DNA of 64,000 bases from assembly GCA_045568775.1 (NCBI GenBank), contig JBJLAJ010000003.1, positions 129,123 to 193,122 of the forward strand. Reading direction: 5' to 3'. Positions 18,513 to 27,913 of this stretch are shown here, piece after piece. Source of the DNA: Cytophagales bacterium (GTDB lineage: Bacteria > Bacteroidota > Bacteroidia > Cytophagales > MED-G16). A model generated the notes under the pieces. That model was not told where the DNA came from and searched no databases. It worked only from the letters and a program-made list of their open reading frames with translations. Every line of letters starts with the position of its first letter. The first letter of the stretch is position 1. Made by a program: the position numbers and the translations under genes.

Positions 18513-20080
18513 ATAAGTATGATGCAATTATAATAGGAGGTGGTCATAATGGTTTAACTGCTGCTGCCTATTTGTCAAAAGCTGGAAAAAAGGTATTAGT
18601 TTTAGAGAGAAGACATGTACTGGGAGGAGCAGCAGTTACAGAAGAAGTTTTTCCTGGATTTAAATTTTCAGTTTGTTCATATGTTGTGAGTTTGTTAAAG
18701 GCTAATGTTATAAGAGAACTAATGTTACCACGTTTTGGTCTTGAAATATTACCACTAGAGAGTACATTTACTCCTCTAGATAATGACTATTTATTTAGAA
18801 CATCTGACTATGATCAAACTTACAAGGAAATATATAGACACTCTAAAAAAGATGCTGAAAATTATACTAGGTTTGGTCCATTGATGGGTCAGGTAGGTAT
18901 GGCAGTAAGGCCAATTCTAGAGACAATTGCCCCAAATGCAATAAGACCGAGCATTAATGATCTGCTTTCTTTGAAAAGTTTATTAGGTCATGTAAAAGGT
19001 TTAAATAATGAGACTTTTGAATATTTATGTAAACTCATGACAATGAGCTCTGCAGATTTTCTTGATGAATGGTTTGAATTTGAACCTCTCAAAGCTACAA
19101 TGTCAGCAAGTGGGATTATTGGAACTTTTATGGGTCCAAGGTCTCCAGGATCTGCTTATGTTATGCTTCATCATTATATGGGTGATATCGATGGATCTTT
19201 TAGGGCTTGGGGTTTCCAAAGAGGAGGAACTGGTGAATTAAGTATGACAATAGCTCGTTCTGCTAAGCATTTTGGTGCTGAAATTTTAACGGAAGCTTCA
19301 GTTGATAAAGTAATTGTTAAGAATGGTGAAGCTGTAGGTGTTGCATTAGAGAATGGTAATGAATATAAATCAGATATAGTAATTTCAGGTTTAGATCCAA
19401 AACTAACATTTCTTAAAATGATAGATGAAAGTGATCTTCCTGAAGATTTTGTTAGAGATATTAAAAACTTTAGAATTAGAGGTTCTTCAGGTAAGGTAAA
19501 TTTAGCACTTGATGGATTGCCTAATTTTACATCTTTACCTGGAGATGGTCCCCATTTAAGAGGAGCTATTTCAATAAGCCCTAGTTATGATCATCTTGAA
19601 AGAGCATATGATGATGCTAAATATGGTAATTTTTCTAAAGAGCCTTATATGGATATTATTTTACCTTCAGTTCTAGATCCTACTATGGCACCACCAGGGA
19701 AACACGTTATGTCATGTTTTGTACAGTATGCACCATATAATATAAATGGTGGCTGGGATGATAACAAAAGAGAAGCCTTTGGCGATGCAGTTGTTAATAC
19801 TCTTTCACGATTTGCCCCCAACATAAAAGACTTAATTTTACATCGCCAAGTTCTCACTCCAATGGACTTAGAAAAAACTTTTGGATTAACAGAAGGAAAT
19901 ATTTTTCATGGTGAATTAACATTACAACAACTGTTTTCATTTAGACCTGCGGTCAAATGGGCTGATTATACTACGCCTATAAAAAATTATTATCAATGTG
20001 GTTCTGGAACTCATCCAGGAGGTGGAGTCACTGGATCTCCGGGAGAAATGGCTGCTAAAAAAATTCTTAAAATATGGTAG
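18500..20080 (+). CDS. NAD(P)/FAD-dependent oxidoreductase, phytoene-desaturase/amine-oxidase superfamily (paralogue 1)
   Basis: 526 aa. YDAIIIGGGHNGLTAAAYLSKAGKKVLVLERRHVLGG dinucleotide fold. C-terminal CGSGTHPGGGVTG. Overlaps the upstream gene by 13 nt. Confidence 0.8.
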   Translation: MSRLDKYDAIIIGGGHNGLTAAAYLSKAGKKVLVLERRHVLGGAAVTEEVFPGFKFSVCSYVVSLLKANVIRELMLPRFGLEILPLESTFTPLDNDYLFRTSDYDQTYKEIYRHSKKDAENYTRFGPLMGQVGMAVRPILETIAPNAIRPSINDLLSLKSLLGHVKGLNNETFEYLCKLMTMSSADFLDEWFEFEPLKATMSASGIIGTFMGPRSPGSAYVMLHHYMGDIDGSFRAWGFQRGGTGELSMTIARSAKHFGAEILTEASVDKVIVKNGEAVGVALENGNEYKSDIVISGLDPKLTFLKMIDESDLPEDFVRDIKNFRIRGSSGKVNLALDGLPNFTSLPGDGPHLRGAISISPSYDHLERAYDDAKYGNFSKEPYMDIILPSVLDPTMAPPGKHVMSCFVQYAPYNINGGWDDNKREAFGDAVVNTLSRFAPNIKDLILHRQVLTPMDLEKTFGLTEGNIFHGELTLQQLFSFRPAVKWADYTTPIKNYYQCGSGTHPGGGVTGSPGEMAAKKILKIW

Positions 20081-21648
20081 ATAAGAAATTTGATTATATA
20101 GTTATTGGTGGAGGTATAAATTCTTTAATATCCGCAGCACTTCTATCTAAGAAAAATAAATCAGTATTATTATTTGAGTCATGCGACCAAATAGGTGGCA
20201 TGGCATCCCTAAATGAATTTTCTCCAGGGTTTAAATGTAATTTAATTTATGATTATATAAAATGGATAGACGATAGAGTAATTAAAAATTTAAAAATAAA
20301 TAAATCCTTACTTGAGTACATAGAAAATGATATATATAGGATCTCTTTAAACTCAAATACAAATGATCATATTTTTTTTAATAGAGATAATAATAAAACT
20401 GTAAAATCAATTCAATCAATTTCAAAGTCTGATTCTGAAAAGTGGATTGATTTCACAAATTATATTTCTAAAATAGCTAGTTTTCTAAAACCTCTTTATA
20501 AAATAACACCTCCTAATATTCAAAAAATGGGATTAGGTGATGCTATGTCTATGAAGGAAATGATTAAGCCAATGTGGAGTCATGGAACAAGGGGTTTTGT
20601 TGATATTTTAAGAACATTGCCAATGATGATGCCTGAGTTACTAGATGAATGGTTTGAATCAAAACTATTAAGGGGTACTATTTCTGCTAGTGGTATTCAT
20701 CATTTGAATCAGGGACCATATTCAGCTGCTACTGTTCTAAATTTTTTACATCACAACTTATATTCGGGGTCACATATTTTAGATGCTAATTTTATTAAGG
20801 GTGGGGTAAATAATTTTTCAAAAGTTCTGAAAAATAAAGCTATAGATAATGGGGCAGTAATTAAAATAAACTCTAAGGTTATATCTATAGATTGTAGTGA
20901 TGATATATGTCATGGTGTAACTTTAGAAAATGGCGAAAAGTTTTTTTGTAACAATATTATTTCAGGATTGGATCAAAACAATACTTGTATTAAATTATTA
21001 GGGCTTGAAAATCTTAATCCTAATATTAGAACACAATTAAATAATATAAAGTATAGGGGAAGTACTGCTCGAATTCATTTTGCTTTGAAAACCATACCAA
21101 AGATTAAAGGAGTTAATAATGATCAGCTAAAAACTGTATTTTCTATCACTCCATCAATCAATTATTTAGAGAAGGCATTTGATGAAGTTAAATACGGCAG
21201 ATTTTCATCATCCCCTAGTATAGAGTTTTGTATTCCTAGCCTAATTAATTCTGGATATGCTCCTAATGGTAAGCATGTTCTTTCAGCATCAATACAATAT
21301 ATTCCATATAAATTAAAAAATAAGGATTGGAATAAAAGTTTAAAAGATGATATTATTAAAAATGTTACTAATATATTAGATCAATATATTTCTAACTTTT
21401 CAGATATTATTATTGATTCTTCCATATCCACTCCATTAGATTTTGAAAATTCATTAGGGATAACTGAGGGTAGTTTTAATCATGGTGATATGACTCTTGA
21501 TCAATTTTTATTTATGAGACCAACAATTTCTTCATCACAATATAGAACTCATATTAAAAACTTATTTATCTGTGGTCCTTCAACTCATCCAGGAGGAGGC
21601 CTTCATGGATCTAATGCTTTTAATATGGTTAATGAAATACTTAAATAG
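20074..21648 (+). CDS. NAD(P)/FAD-dependent oxidoreductase, phytoene-desaturase/amine-oxidase superfamily (paralogue 2)
   Basis: 524 aa. FDYIVIGGGINSLISAALLSKKNKSVLLFESCDQIGG. C-terminal CGPSTHPGGGLHG. Collinear with paralogue 1 (LDEWFE, ISASGI, ENGE, IISGLD blocks). Overlaps it by 7 nt. Confidence 0.8.
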   Translation: MVDKKFDYIVIGGGINSLISAALLSKKNKSVLLFESCDQIGGMASLNEFSPGFKCNLIYDYIKWIDDRVIKNLKINKSLLEYIENDIYRISLNSNTNDHIFFNRDNNKTVKSIQSISKSDSEKWIDFTNYISKIASFLKPLYKITPPNIQKMGLGDAMSMKEMIKPMWSHGTRGFVDILRTLPMMMPELLDEWFESKLLRGTISASGIHHLNQGPYSAATVLNFLHHNLYSGSHILDANFIKGGVNNFSKVLKNKAIDNGAVIKINSKVISIDCSDDICHGVTLENGEKFFCNNIISGLDQNNTCIKLLGLENLNPNIRTQLNNIKYRGSTARIHFALKTIPKIKGVNNDQLKTVFSITPSINYLEKAFDEVKYGRFSSSPSIEFCIPSLINSGYAPNGKHVLSASIQYIPYKLKNKDWNKSLKDDIIKNVTNILDQYISNFSDIIIDSSISTPLDFENSLGITEGSFNHGDMTLDQFLFMRPTISSSQYRTHIKNLFICGPSTHPGGGLHGSNAFNMVNEILK

Positions 21649-22882
21649 TATTTGTTGTTTTTTTAATGCTCTTTTCCAAATGTTTTAAATACCATATTTT
21701 TAGTTTTTCTAACCCCATTTCCATTTCTGATAAAGGTCCAGGTTCATATTTTTTTGATAGAACCCCTTTCTGATTATCTTCTATTATTCTTTTGTCTTCT
21801 AAAGTAGTCTTATGCCACATCCAGGTCAATTCTTCAATATTATAATCAACTCCTTCAATTGCATTTTCATTTACTAACCACATTATTTCTATATCAGTAT
21901 CATTTGGTCCTTTTGGTATAAATGTAAAAGTTGTAGCAAAATCATTTGACATAATTATGCTGTTAAATGGGGAAGGTCCTATAGTTGTATATCCACCATC
22001 AAATTCATTAAATTCTCCCATAAGAGTTGATGCTGGCTTTCCAGACTTTGTTTCAGATAATTTCCCATTACTAAATGGAGTCCTTTCTGCACTTCTAAAG
22101 AATTCAGAGAATTTATCTTCTGAAAATTCACCAGTTAAATACCCTAATTTCTTAACCTTTTTATTCCAAATTTTTAATTTTTTATTAAATTCTTTTGATT
22201 TTGGTCCAGTATTACTCCCTGCACCATATGATTGAATATAATCTCTACTATGAACATGACAGTACTCAGGATGGGATGGTTGGCAGTGGTAACATTCATG
22301 AAAATTATCTAATGCTAATTTCCAATTTCCTTTTGTTGGATATATTTTTCTATCTGCGATTTTAGCTCTACCTAAACCATGTAATTCGATAAATGGTTTA
22401 ATTGGTTTAATGAAATTTTTAAATTCTGAGGGTTTTTCAGACAAATTAATAAATACTAATCCTTCGAAAACCTGAGAATAACATTTTTTTAAATTCCAAT
22501 CTTTAGGATTAAAGTTTTTCTCCATCATTTTAGCATTTATTAGATTTCCTCCAAGATCATAACCCCATGCATGATAAGGGCAAATAAGTTTTCTTACCCT
22601 ACCTTCATCTTCTAAACATATATGCGAACCCCTATGCCTACATACATTAAAAAAACAATTAATCTTTTCATTGTTTTCTCTTATAATAATTATTGATTCG
22701 TTTCCTATTGAAAATAAAAAATAATCTCCTTTATTTGGAATTCGAGATGCATGTCCAACAAATACCCATTGATTATAAAAAAAAGTTTCTAAATCTAATT
22801 CAAATATTTCTTTGTTAACATAGAAGGGTTGTTCAAGAGGAAATTTTTTTTTTTGAGAATTAATTAATTTTAAAATATCCAA
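21641..22882 (-). CDS. Rieske [2Fe-2S] non-haem-iron oxygenase alpha subunit, choline-monooxygenase/GbcA/CntA-like
   Basis: 413 aa. Rieske CRHRGSHIC...CPYHAWGY. Mononuclear-iron motif NWKLALDNFHECYHCQPSHPE. The 3' end overlaps the convergent flavoprotein gene by 8 nt. Confidence 0.8.
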   Translation of the reverse strand: MDILKLINSQKKKFPLEQPFYVNKEIFELDLETFFYNQWVFVGHASRIPNKGDYFLFSIGNESIIIIRENNEKINCFFNVCRHRGSHICLEDEGRVRKLICPYHAWGYDLGGNLINAKMMEKNFNPKDWNLKKCYSQVFEGLVFINLSEKPSEFKNFIKPIKPFIELHGLGRAKIADRKIYPTKGNWKLALDNFHECYHCQPSHPEYCHVHSRDYIQSYGAGSNTGPKSKEFNKKLKIWNKKVKKLGYLTGEFSEDKFSEFFRSAERTPFSNGKLSETKSGKPASTLMGEFNEFDGGYTTIGPSPFNSIIMSNDFATTFTFIPKGPNDTDIEIMWLVNENAIEGVDYNIEELTWMWHKTTLEDKRIIEDNQKGVLSKKYEPGPLSEMEMGLEKLKIWYLKHLEKSIKKTTNTI

Positions 22883-22978
22883 ATTATTTTTTTATTCATT
22901 TATATATAAGCTATTATACTTTTATTTAAGGTACTTTTCCAGTTTTTCTTAATAAATATTATTAATTTGTTATGAATC

Positions 22979-24406
22979 ATGAAAAAAAGAATACCTACTT
23001 TAATTGAGTCTTTTCTACCGATAATATTTCTTGTAATATTTTTATCTATTAATGTCACAGTTTTTGGAGATGATGCTCTATCTGGAAGTATTCAGATTGT
23101 TCTTATCTTTTCGTCAGCTATAGCTACTGTAATTGCATTTAATTTAGGTTTTACATGGATTGAAATCCAAAAGGGGATTCAAAATAGTATTAATTCTGCT
23201 ATACCTTCAATTCTTATACTTTTTCTTGTTGGCTCACTTGCTGGGTCTTGGTTATTGAGTGGAATTGTACCTGCTCTAATCTATTATGGTATTCAAATTT
23301 TAAATGCTAAAATATTTTTATTTGCTGCTTGTATTATATGTATTATAGTTTCAATGGCAACTGGAAGTTCTTGGACAACATCTGCTACAATTGGTATAGC
23401 TTTAATAGGAATTGGTAAAGCTCTTAATATTCCTGAAGGGTTAATTGCAGGTGCCATTCTTAGTGGTGCTTATTTTGGAGACAAAATGTCTCCTTTATCA
23501 GACACGACGAATCTTGCTCCGGCAATGGCTGGTAGTGATTTATTTACTCATATTAAATATTTATCAATAACCACTTTTCCATCTATAATTATTTCACTTG
23601 TTATTTTTATTATAATGGGCATGAATATTTCGAGTGATGTGAATATTGATAATGCTTCACTAATTTCATCTTCCATTCTAGATAAATTTTATATATCCCC
23701 AATTTTATTTTTAGTCCCTTTCACTGTTATCTTTCTCATTTATAAAAAAATAAAAGCAGTCCCTTCATTATTTGTTGGTGTAGTCTTAGGATCTGTTTTT
23801 GCTTTAATATTTCAGCCTGATTTAGTTAGAGAGGTATCAGGAAATCTTTCAGAAGACTGGACTTCATTATTTATTGGAATAATGAAATCATTATATGGGT
23901 CAATTTCAATATCAACATCTAATGAGTTAGTATCTGATCTTCTTTCATCAAGTGGGATGTATGGTATGTTAGGGACTATTTGGTTAGTTGTTTCAGCTAT
24001 GATTTTTGGTGGTGTTATGGACAAAGCAGGTTTTCTAAATGTAATTTCATCTTTAATTTTAAAGAAAGTTAATTCAGCGGGATCCTTAGTAACCTCAACC
24101 GCAGGAACTTGTATATTTTTTAACTTAACTGCATCAGATCAATATATATCAATAGTTGTTCCTGGTAAAATGTACTCAAAAATATATAAGGATAAAGGAC
24201 TTGCTCCTGAGAATTTGAGTAGAACTTTAGAAGATAGTGGAACTGTCACATCGGTCTTAATTCCATGGAATACTTGTGGTGCATACCATGCTAGTGTTTT
24301 AAATGTATCTACTTTAACTTACTTACCTTACTGTTTTTTTAGTATTATTAGTCCTATTATCACAATCTTAATAGCCTATTTAAAGATAAGAATAAAACGT
24401 TTATAG
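22979..24406 (+). CDS. NhaC-family membrane transporter (Na+/H+ antiporter family, substrate unknown)
   Basis: 475 aa, about 11-12 hydrophobic helices. The YFGDKMSPLSDTTNLA and SVLIPWNTCGAYH blocks are typical of NhaC-family proteins. Confidence 0.75.
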   Translation: MKKRIPTLIESFLPIIFLVIFLSINVTVFGDDALSGSIQIVLIFSSAIATVIAFNLGFTWIEIQKGIQNSINSAIPSILILFLVGSLAGSWLLSGIVPALIYYGIQILNAKIFLFAACIICIIVSMATGSSWTTSATIGIALIGIGKALNIPEGLIAGAILSGAYFGDKMSPLSDTTNLAPAMAGSDLFTHIKYLSITTFPSIIISLVIFIIMGMNISSDVNIDNASLISSSILDKFYISPILFLVPFTVIFLIYKKIKAVPSLFVGVVLGSVFALIFQPDLVREVSGNLSEDWTSLFIGIMKSLYGSISISTSNELVSDLLSSSGMYGMLGTIWLVVSAMIFGGVMDKAGFLNVISSLILKKVNSAGSLVTSTAGTCIFFNLTASDQYISIVVPGKMYSKIYKDKGLAPENLSRTLEDSGTVTSVLIPWNTCGAYHASVLNVSTLTYLPYCFFSIISPIITILIAYLKIRIKRL

Positions 24407-25303
24407 CTATTCTAGTTCATTAAGAATAGATAAATAATTATTATATCTTTTATTAGAGACTTCTTTACCTATTACATTCTTTATAAAACACTTTGGTTCA
24501 TTTTGATGTAAACAATTATTGAATTTGCATTTATCATTTAATAATATAAATTCAGGATACAGAAATTTCAAATCACTTCTTTTAATATCAAAAAAATAAA
24601 AGTCTTTAAACCCAGGTGAATCAATGATGTAGCTGTTTTTATTTATTTCAAAAGTTTCAGAAAAAGTTGTTGTTTGCCTTCCTTTGCCTGTTTTTGATGA
24701 TAAATCTCCTGTCTTCTGATTCGAGCTTGGAGATATAGTATTTATTAATGTAGACTTGCCTACTCCGGAATTGCCTATAATCAATGTCTTTTTATTTAAT
24801 AATTTTTTTAATAATTCATTTATATTAATTTTTGATTCAGCAGATATATTACATGTTTCAATACCAGCACCATTATAGATACTGTATATTTTTTCTAATT
24901 TTAAAGTTTCTTCATTACCTAATAGATCAATTTTATTGAAAACAAGAATAGGTTTAATATTATAATAAATAGATGCTGCTAGGCATTTATCAATAAAACT
25001 CAATTTTGTATAAGGGTTTTTAATGCTACTGATAATAAGAATTTGGTCCAGGTTTGCGCCAATTATATGAGCTTTTTTATCTTTTAATGATTTCTTAATG
25101 AAATAGTTTTTTCTCTCTATAACTTTTTCTATAATTCCCGATTTGTCGTCTAATAATTTTATTTCTACTTTATCTCCTGATACAATCGGGTTTGAAAATT
25201 TATTGTTTAGTTTGTTTTTTCCTCTATAATTACATCGTATAATACTATTATTAATCTTAACATTATACAAATCCCCAACTGACTTGACAACAACTCCTTT
25301 CAT
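24407..25303 (-). CDS. rsgA: ribosome small-subunit-dependent GTPase A
   Basis: 298 aa. Circularly permuted GTPase (NKIDL ... GNSGVGKSTLIN) and C-terminal zinc knuckle CKFNNCLHQNEPKC. Confidence 0.9.
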   Translation of the reverse strand: MKGVVVKSVGDLYNVKINNSIIRCNYRGKNKLNNKFSNPIVSGDKVEIKLLDDKSGIIEKVIERKNYFIKKSLKDKKAHIIGANLDQILIISSIKNPYTKLSFIDKCLAASIYYNIKPILVFNKIDLLGNEETLKLEKIYSIYNGAGIETCNISAESKININELLKKLLNKKTLIIGNSGVGKSTLINTISPSSNQKTGDLSSKTGKGRQTTTFSETFEINKNSYIIDSPGFKDFYFFDIKRSDLKFLYPEFILLNDKCKFNNCLHQNEPKCFIKNVIGKEVSNKRYNNYLSILNELE

Positions 25304-26529
25304 TAAAGATATTTAGATAAAAATTTATTTATTTTAATTGTAGCTCCTGAATTTTTAATTATAAATGAGTTGCCTCCTTTTCCTATATCTCTATCTTTTA
25401 AAACTCTATTTTTTATAAGTTTAAACTCATTGCCGTTTCTAATAGGAAACCCAACACTATTTTTTTCTAATTTTTTTACTTCAATAAACTTTAGATTGTT
25501 TTTATGGAATCCATATATTACTGGCACATCCCATACAGCTGCCTCTAAAGTATTATGTAAAGCTCCTCTAAAACCACCTCCAATAAATGCAATTTTACAA
25601 TATTTGTATAAAGATGATAGCATACCTAAATTATCAATAATTAGAATTCTTTTTCTTACATTTTTTTGAGGTAGTTCAGAAAATTTAATTGTATCGTTTA
25701 TGAAACTATTTTCTAAATATTCAATGTCATTTATTCCAATATTATGAGGTGCAATAATATATTTTGTGTCAGTTAAATCTCTTTCTATTTCTTTTCTTAA
25801 TATTTCAATATCACTCTTCCATGAGCTTCCTATAACTATTGTTGTCTTATTATTTATGAAATCTTTTATACGTGAAATATTTTTAGAATTATTATAAATA
25901 TTTAAAACTCTATCATATCTAGTATCACCAATTACTTCCACTTGTGAAATATTAATTTTATTCAATATCACTTTCGATTTTTCATTTTGAACTAGAAATA
26001 AACTAATGTTTTTTAAAGCATTTCTAAAGAAAAGTCCAATCTTTAAAAAATAAATTTGATTTGACCTGAAGACAGATGAAACTGAAATAATTGGAACAGA
26101 ATATTTTTTTGCTGTATATATAAGGTTTATCCAAAATTCATATTTAACAATAATAATAATTTTTGGATTTAATAATTTGAAGAGTTTTTCAGTATTAGAT
26201 TTTATATCAGAAACTAAATAAAAATTATAATTAATTTTTTTGTATTTTTTTACCTCTTCCTCAGCTGAAGATGAAAAATATGATACCAGTATTTTATACT
26301 GGTAATTTTTATGAATAAGATCAATTATTGGTTTAGCTTGTTCAAACTCTCCCACTGAAGAAACATGAATCCAAACAATTTCCTCATCTGATCTAATATA
26401 TTTATTTATATAAGAGAAAGTATTTTTTCTTCCTTCATATATCTTTTTATTTTTTTTGTTGAAGAATGAACTAATTAGTAGAAGACAGTTTAATATTTTA
26501 ATTGAGAGGTTATAAAATATTTTTATCAT
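25303..26529 (-). CDS. waaA: 3-deoxy-D-manno-octulosonic acid (Kdo) transferase
   Basis: 408 aa. VWIHVSSVGEFEQAKPII N-terminal motif and C-terminal GGGFRGALHNTLEAAVWDVPVI glycosyltransferase block. Confidence 0.8.
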   Translation of the reverse strand: MIKIFYNLSIKILNCLLLISSFFNKKNKKIYEGRKNTFSYINKYIRSDEEIVWIHVSSVGEFEQAKPIIDLIHKNYQYKILVSYFSSSAEEEVKKYKKINYNFYLVSDIKSNTEKLFKLLNPKIIIIVKYEFWINLIYTAKKYSVPIISVSSVFRSNQIYFLKIGLFFRNALKNISLFLVQNEKSKVILNKINISQVEVIGDTRYDRVLNIYNNSKNISRIKDFINNKTTIVIGSSWKSDIEILRKEIERDLTDTKYIIAPHNIGINDIEYLENSFINDTIKFSELPQKNVRKRILIIDNLGMLSSLYKYCKIAFIGGGFRGALHNTLEAAVWDVPVIYGFHKNNLKFIEVKKLEKNSVGFPIRNGNEFKLIKNRVLKDRDIGKGGNSFIIKNSGATIKINKFLSKYL

Positions 26530-27140
26530 CTTAATAATGATTTATTTATGGTAAAAATATGTTTAAGAATTTCTTCTCTTCCAATATTTTTCATAGACGA
26601 AGAAATAAAATAATTAGGTGTTTTTGACCAATATTTTGACAATTCACTTAAAAAATCATAAATGTTTGACTTGATTTTAGACTTTGTCTCTTTATCACTT
26701 TTAGTAAATATAATATTTAGTGGTAATTTATTTTTTCCAATATAGTTTATATATTCAATATCAATTTTTTGAGGTTTTAGCCTTATATCTACTAGAATAA
26801 ATATTAAAGAGATTTTATCTGAGTTTACAAGAAATTCTTTTGTCATTTTATCCCATTTTTCTCTATTTGATTTACTTGCCTTGGCCCAACCATATCCTGG
26901 TAAATCCACAAAGTAAAGACTTCCATTAATTGTAAAATGATTAATAAGCTGTGTTTTACCTGGTTTTGAAGATATTTTTGATAGTTTGTTTTGATTCACT
27001 AACATGTTAATTAGTGAGGATTTTCCAACATTTGATCTGCCTAGGAAAACATATTCAGGTAATTTTATTTTTGGGCATTCTGATAGATTTGAACTACTCT
27101 TGATAAATTTAGCTTCTTTTATGATCATGTTTTCAACCAT
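26526..27140 (-). CDS. engB: ribosome biogenesis GTP-binding protein YsxC/EngB
   Basis: GRSNVGKSSLINML G1, DLPGYG G3, TKSDK G4. The start may be the internal ATG at 27128 (MIIKEAKF...). Confidence 0.9.
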   Translation of the reverse strand: MVENMIIKEAKFIKSSSNLSECPKIKLPEYVFLGRSNVGKSSLINMLVNQNKLSKISSKPGKTQLINHFTINGSLYFVDLPGYGWAKASKSNREKWDKMTKEFLVNSDKISLIFILVDIRLKPQKIDIEYINYIGKNKLPLNIIFTKSDKETKSKIKSNIYDFLSELSKYWSKTPNYFISSSMKNIGREEILKHIFTINKSLLR

Positions 27141-27190
27141 TATACAATTTTACTTCAATTTTAAAGTTTAGATGTTATATTTAGCAATAA

Positions 27191-27913
27191 ATGAGAAAGA
27201 TTTTTGTGTTCATAGTGTTATTAATATCATTGAATACTTCTTTGTATTCCCAATCAACGAGAATTAACTTAGGTGGGTATGATGATGTAAATACACATTT
27301 TGGTTTTCTTTTAGGTGCCCATTCTACTTATTATAGAATATATTATTCTCAAGAGTTTCTAAAACCAAATTTTAATAATCTTCATAGTGTACACTCAAAA
27401 TCAATGCCTGGATTTAAATTAGGTTTTGTTTCAGATTTTAGTCTTATTTATCCCTTTGACCTGAGAACATTATTACAAGTTTCTTTTTCTGAATTTAGAT
27501 TAGACTATTATAATGTTGATGAATTTACTGGTGTAACTACTACTTTTTCTAATGTTAGACCTGCTGTATTTCTAGAATCTCCAATACTATTTAAATATAA
27601 ATCTAAGAGAAGAAAAAACCATCGAATGTTTTTAATAGCCGGAATTAAACCAAGTTTAGAGATAGGAGCTAAAAATAAAGATGAAGCAGGCGAAGATATT
27701 TTAGACTTAAAAGCTTTTGATATTTCATTAGAAGTTGGATTTGGTAGTGATTTATTTTTTCAACTTTTTAAATTTTCACCTGAGATAAGATATTCTCGAG
27801 GCCTTAGAAATATATTAAAAGGTATAAATGTTAACCAATATAATTTACCATTAGATAGAATAATAGTTCACAATATTTCATTTTTCTTTACTTTTGAGGG
27901 TGGACCAAAATAA
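27191..27913 (+). CDS. outer-membrane beta-barrel protein (PorT/OMP_b-brl_2-like)
   Basis: 240 aa. Signal peptide (IVLLISLNTSLYSQ), alternating amphipathic strands, C-terminal aromatic residue context (FFFTFEGG). Confidence 0.45.
   Translation: MRKIFVFIVLLISLNTSLYSQSTRINLGGYDDVNTHFGFLLGAHSTYYRIYYSQEFLKPNFNNLHSVHSKSMPGFKLGFVSDFSLIYPFDLRTLLQVSFSEFRLDYYNVDEFTGVTTTFSNVRPAVFLESPILFKYKSKRRKNHRMFLIAGIKPSLEIGAKNKDEAGEDILDLKAFDISLEVGFGSDLFFQLFKFSPEIRYSRGLRNILKGINVNQYNLPLDRIIVHNISFFFTFEGGPK

Noticed and set aside
18500-21648. Carotenoid biosynthesis (crtI/crtD/crtO-type) as the role of the two phytoene-desaturase-family genes
   Set aside because: There are no crtB, crtY or crtZ neighbours, and translational coupling to a GcvT-like folate protein is unlike carotenoid clusters. 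This is not excluded without phylogeny, so it is kept as the main alternative hypothesis.
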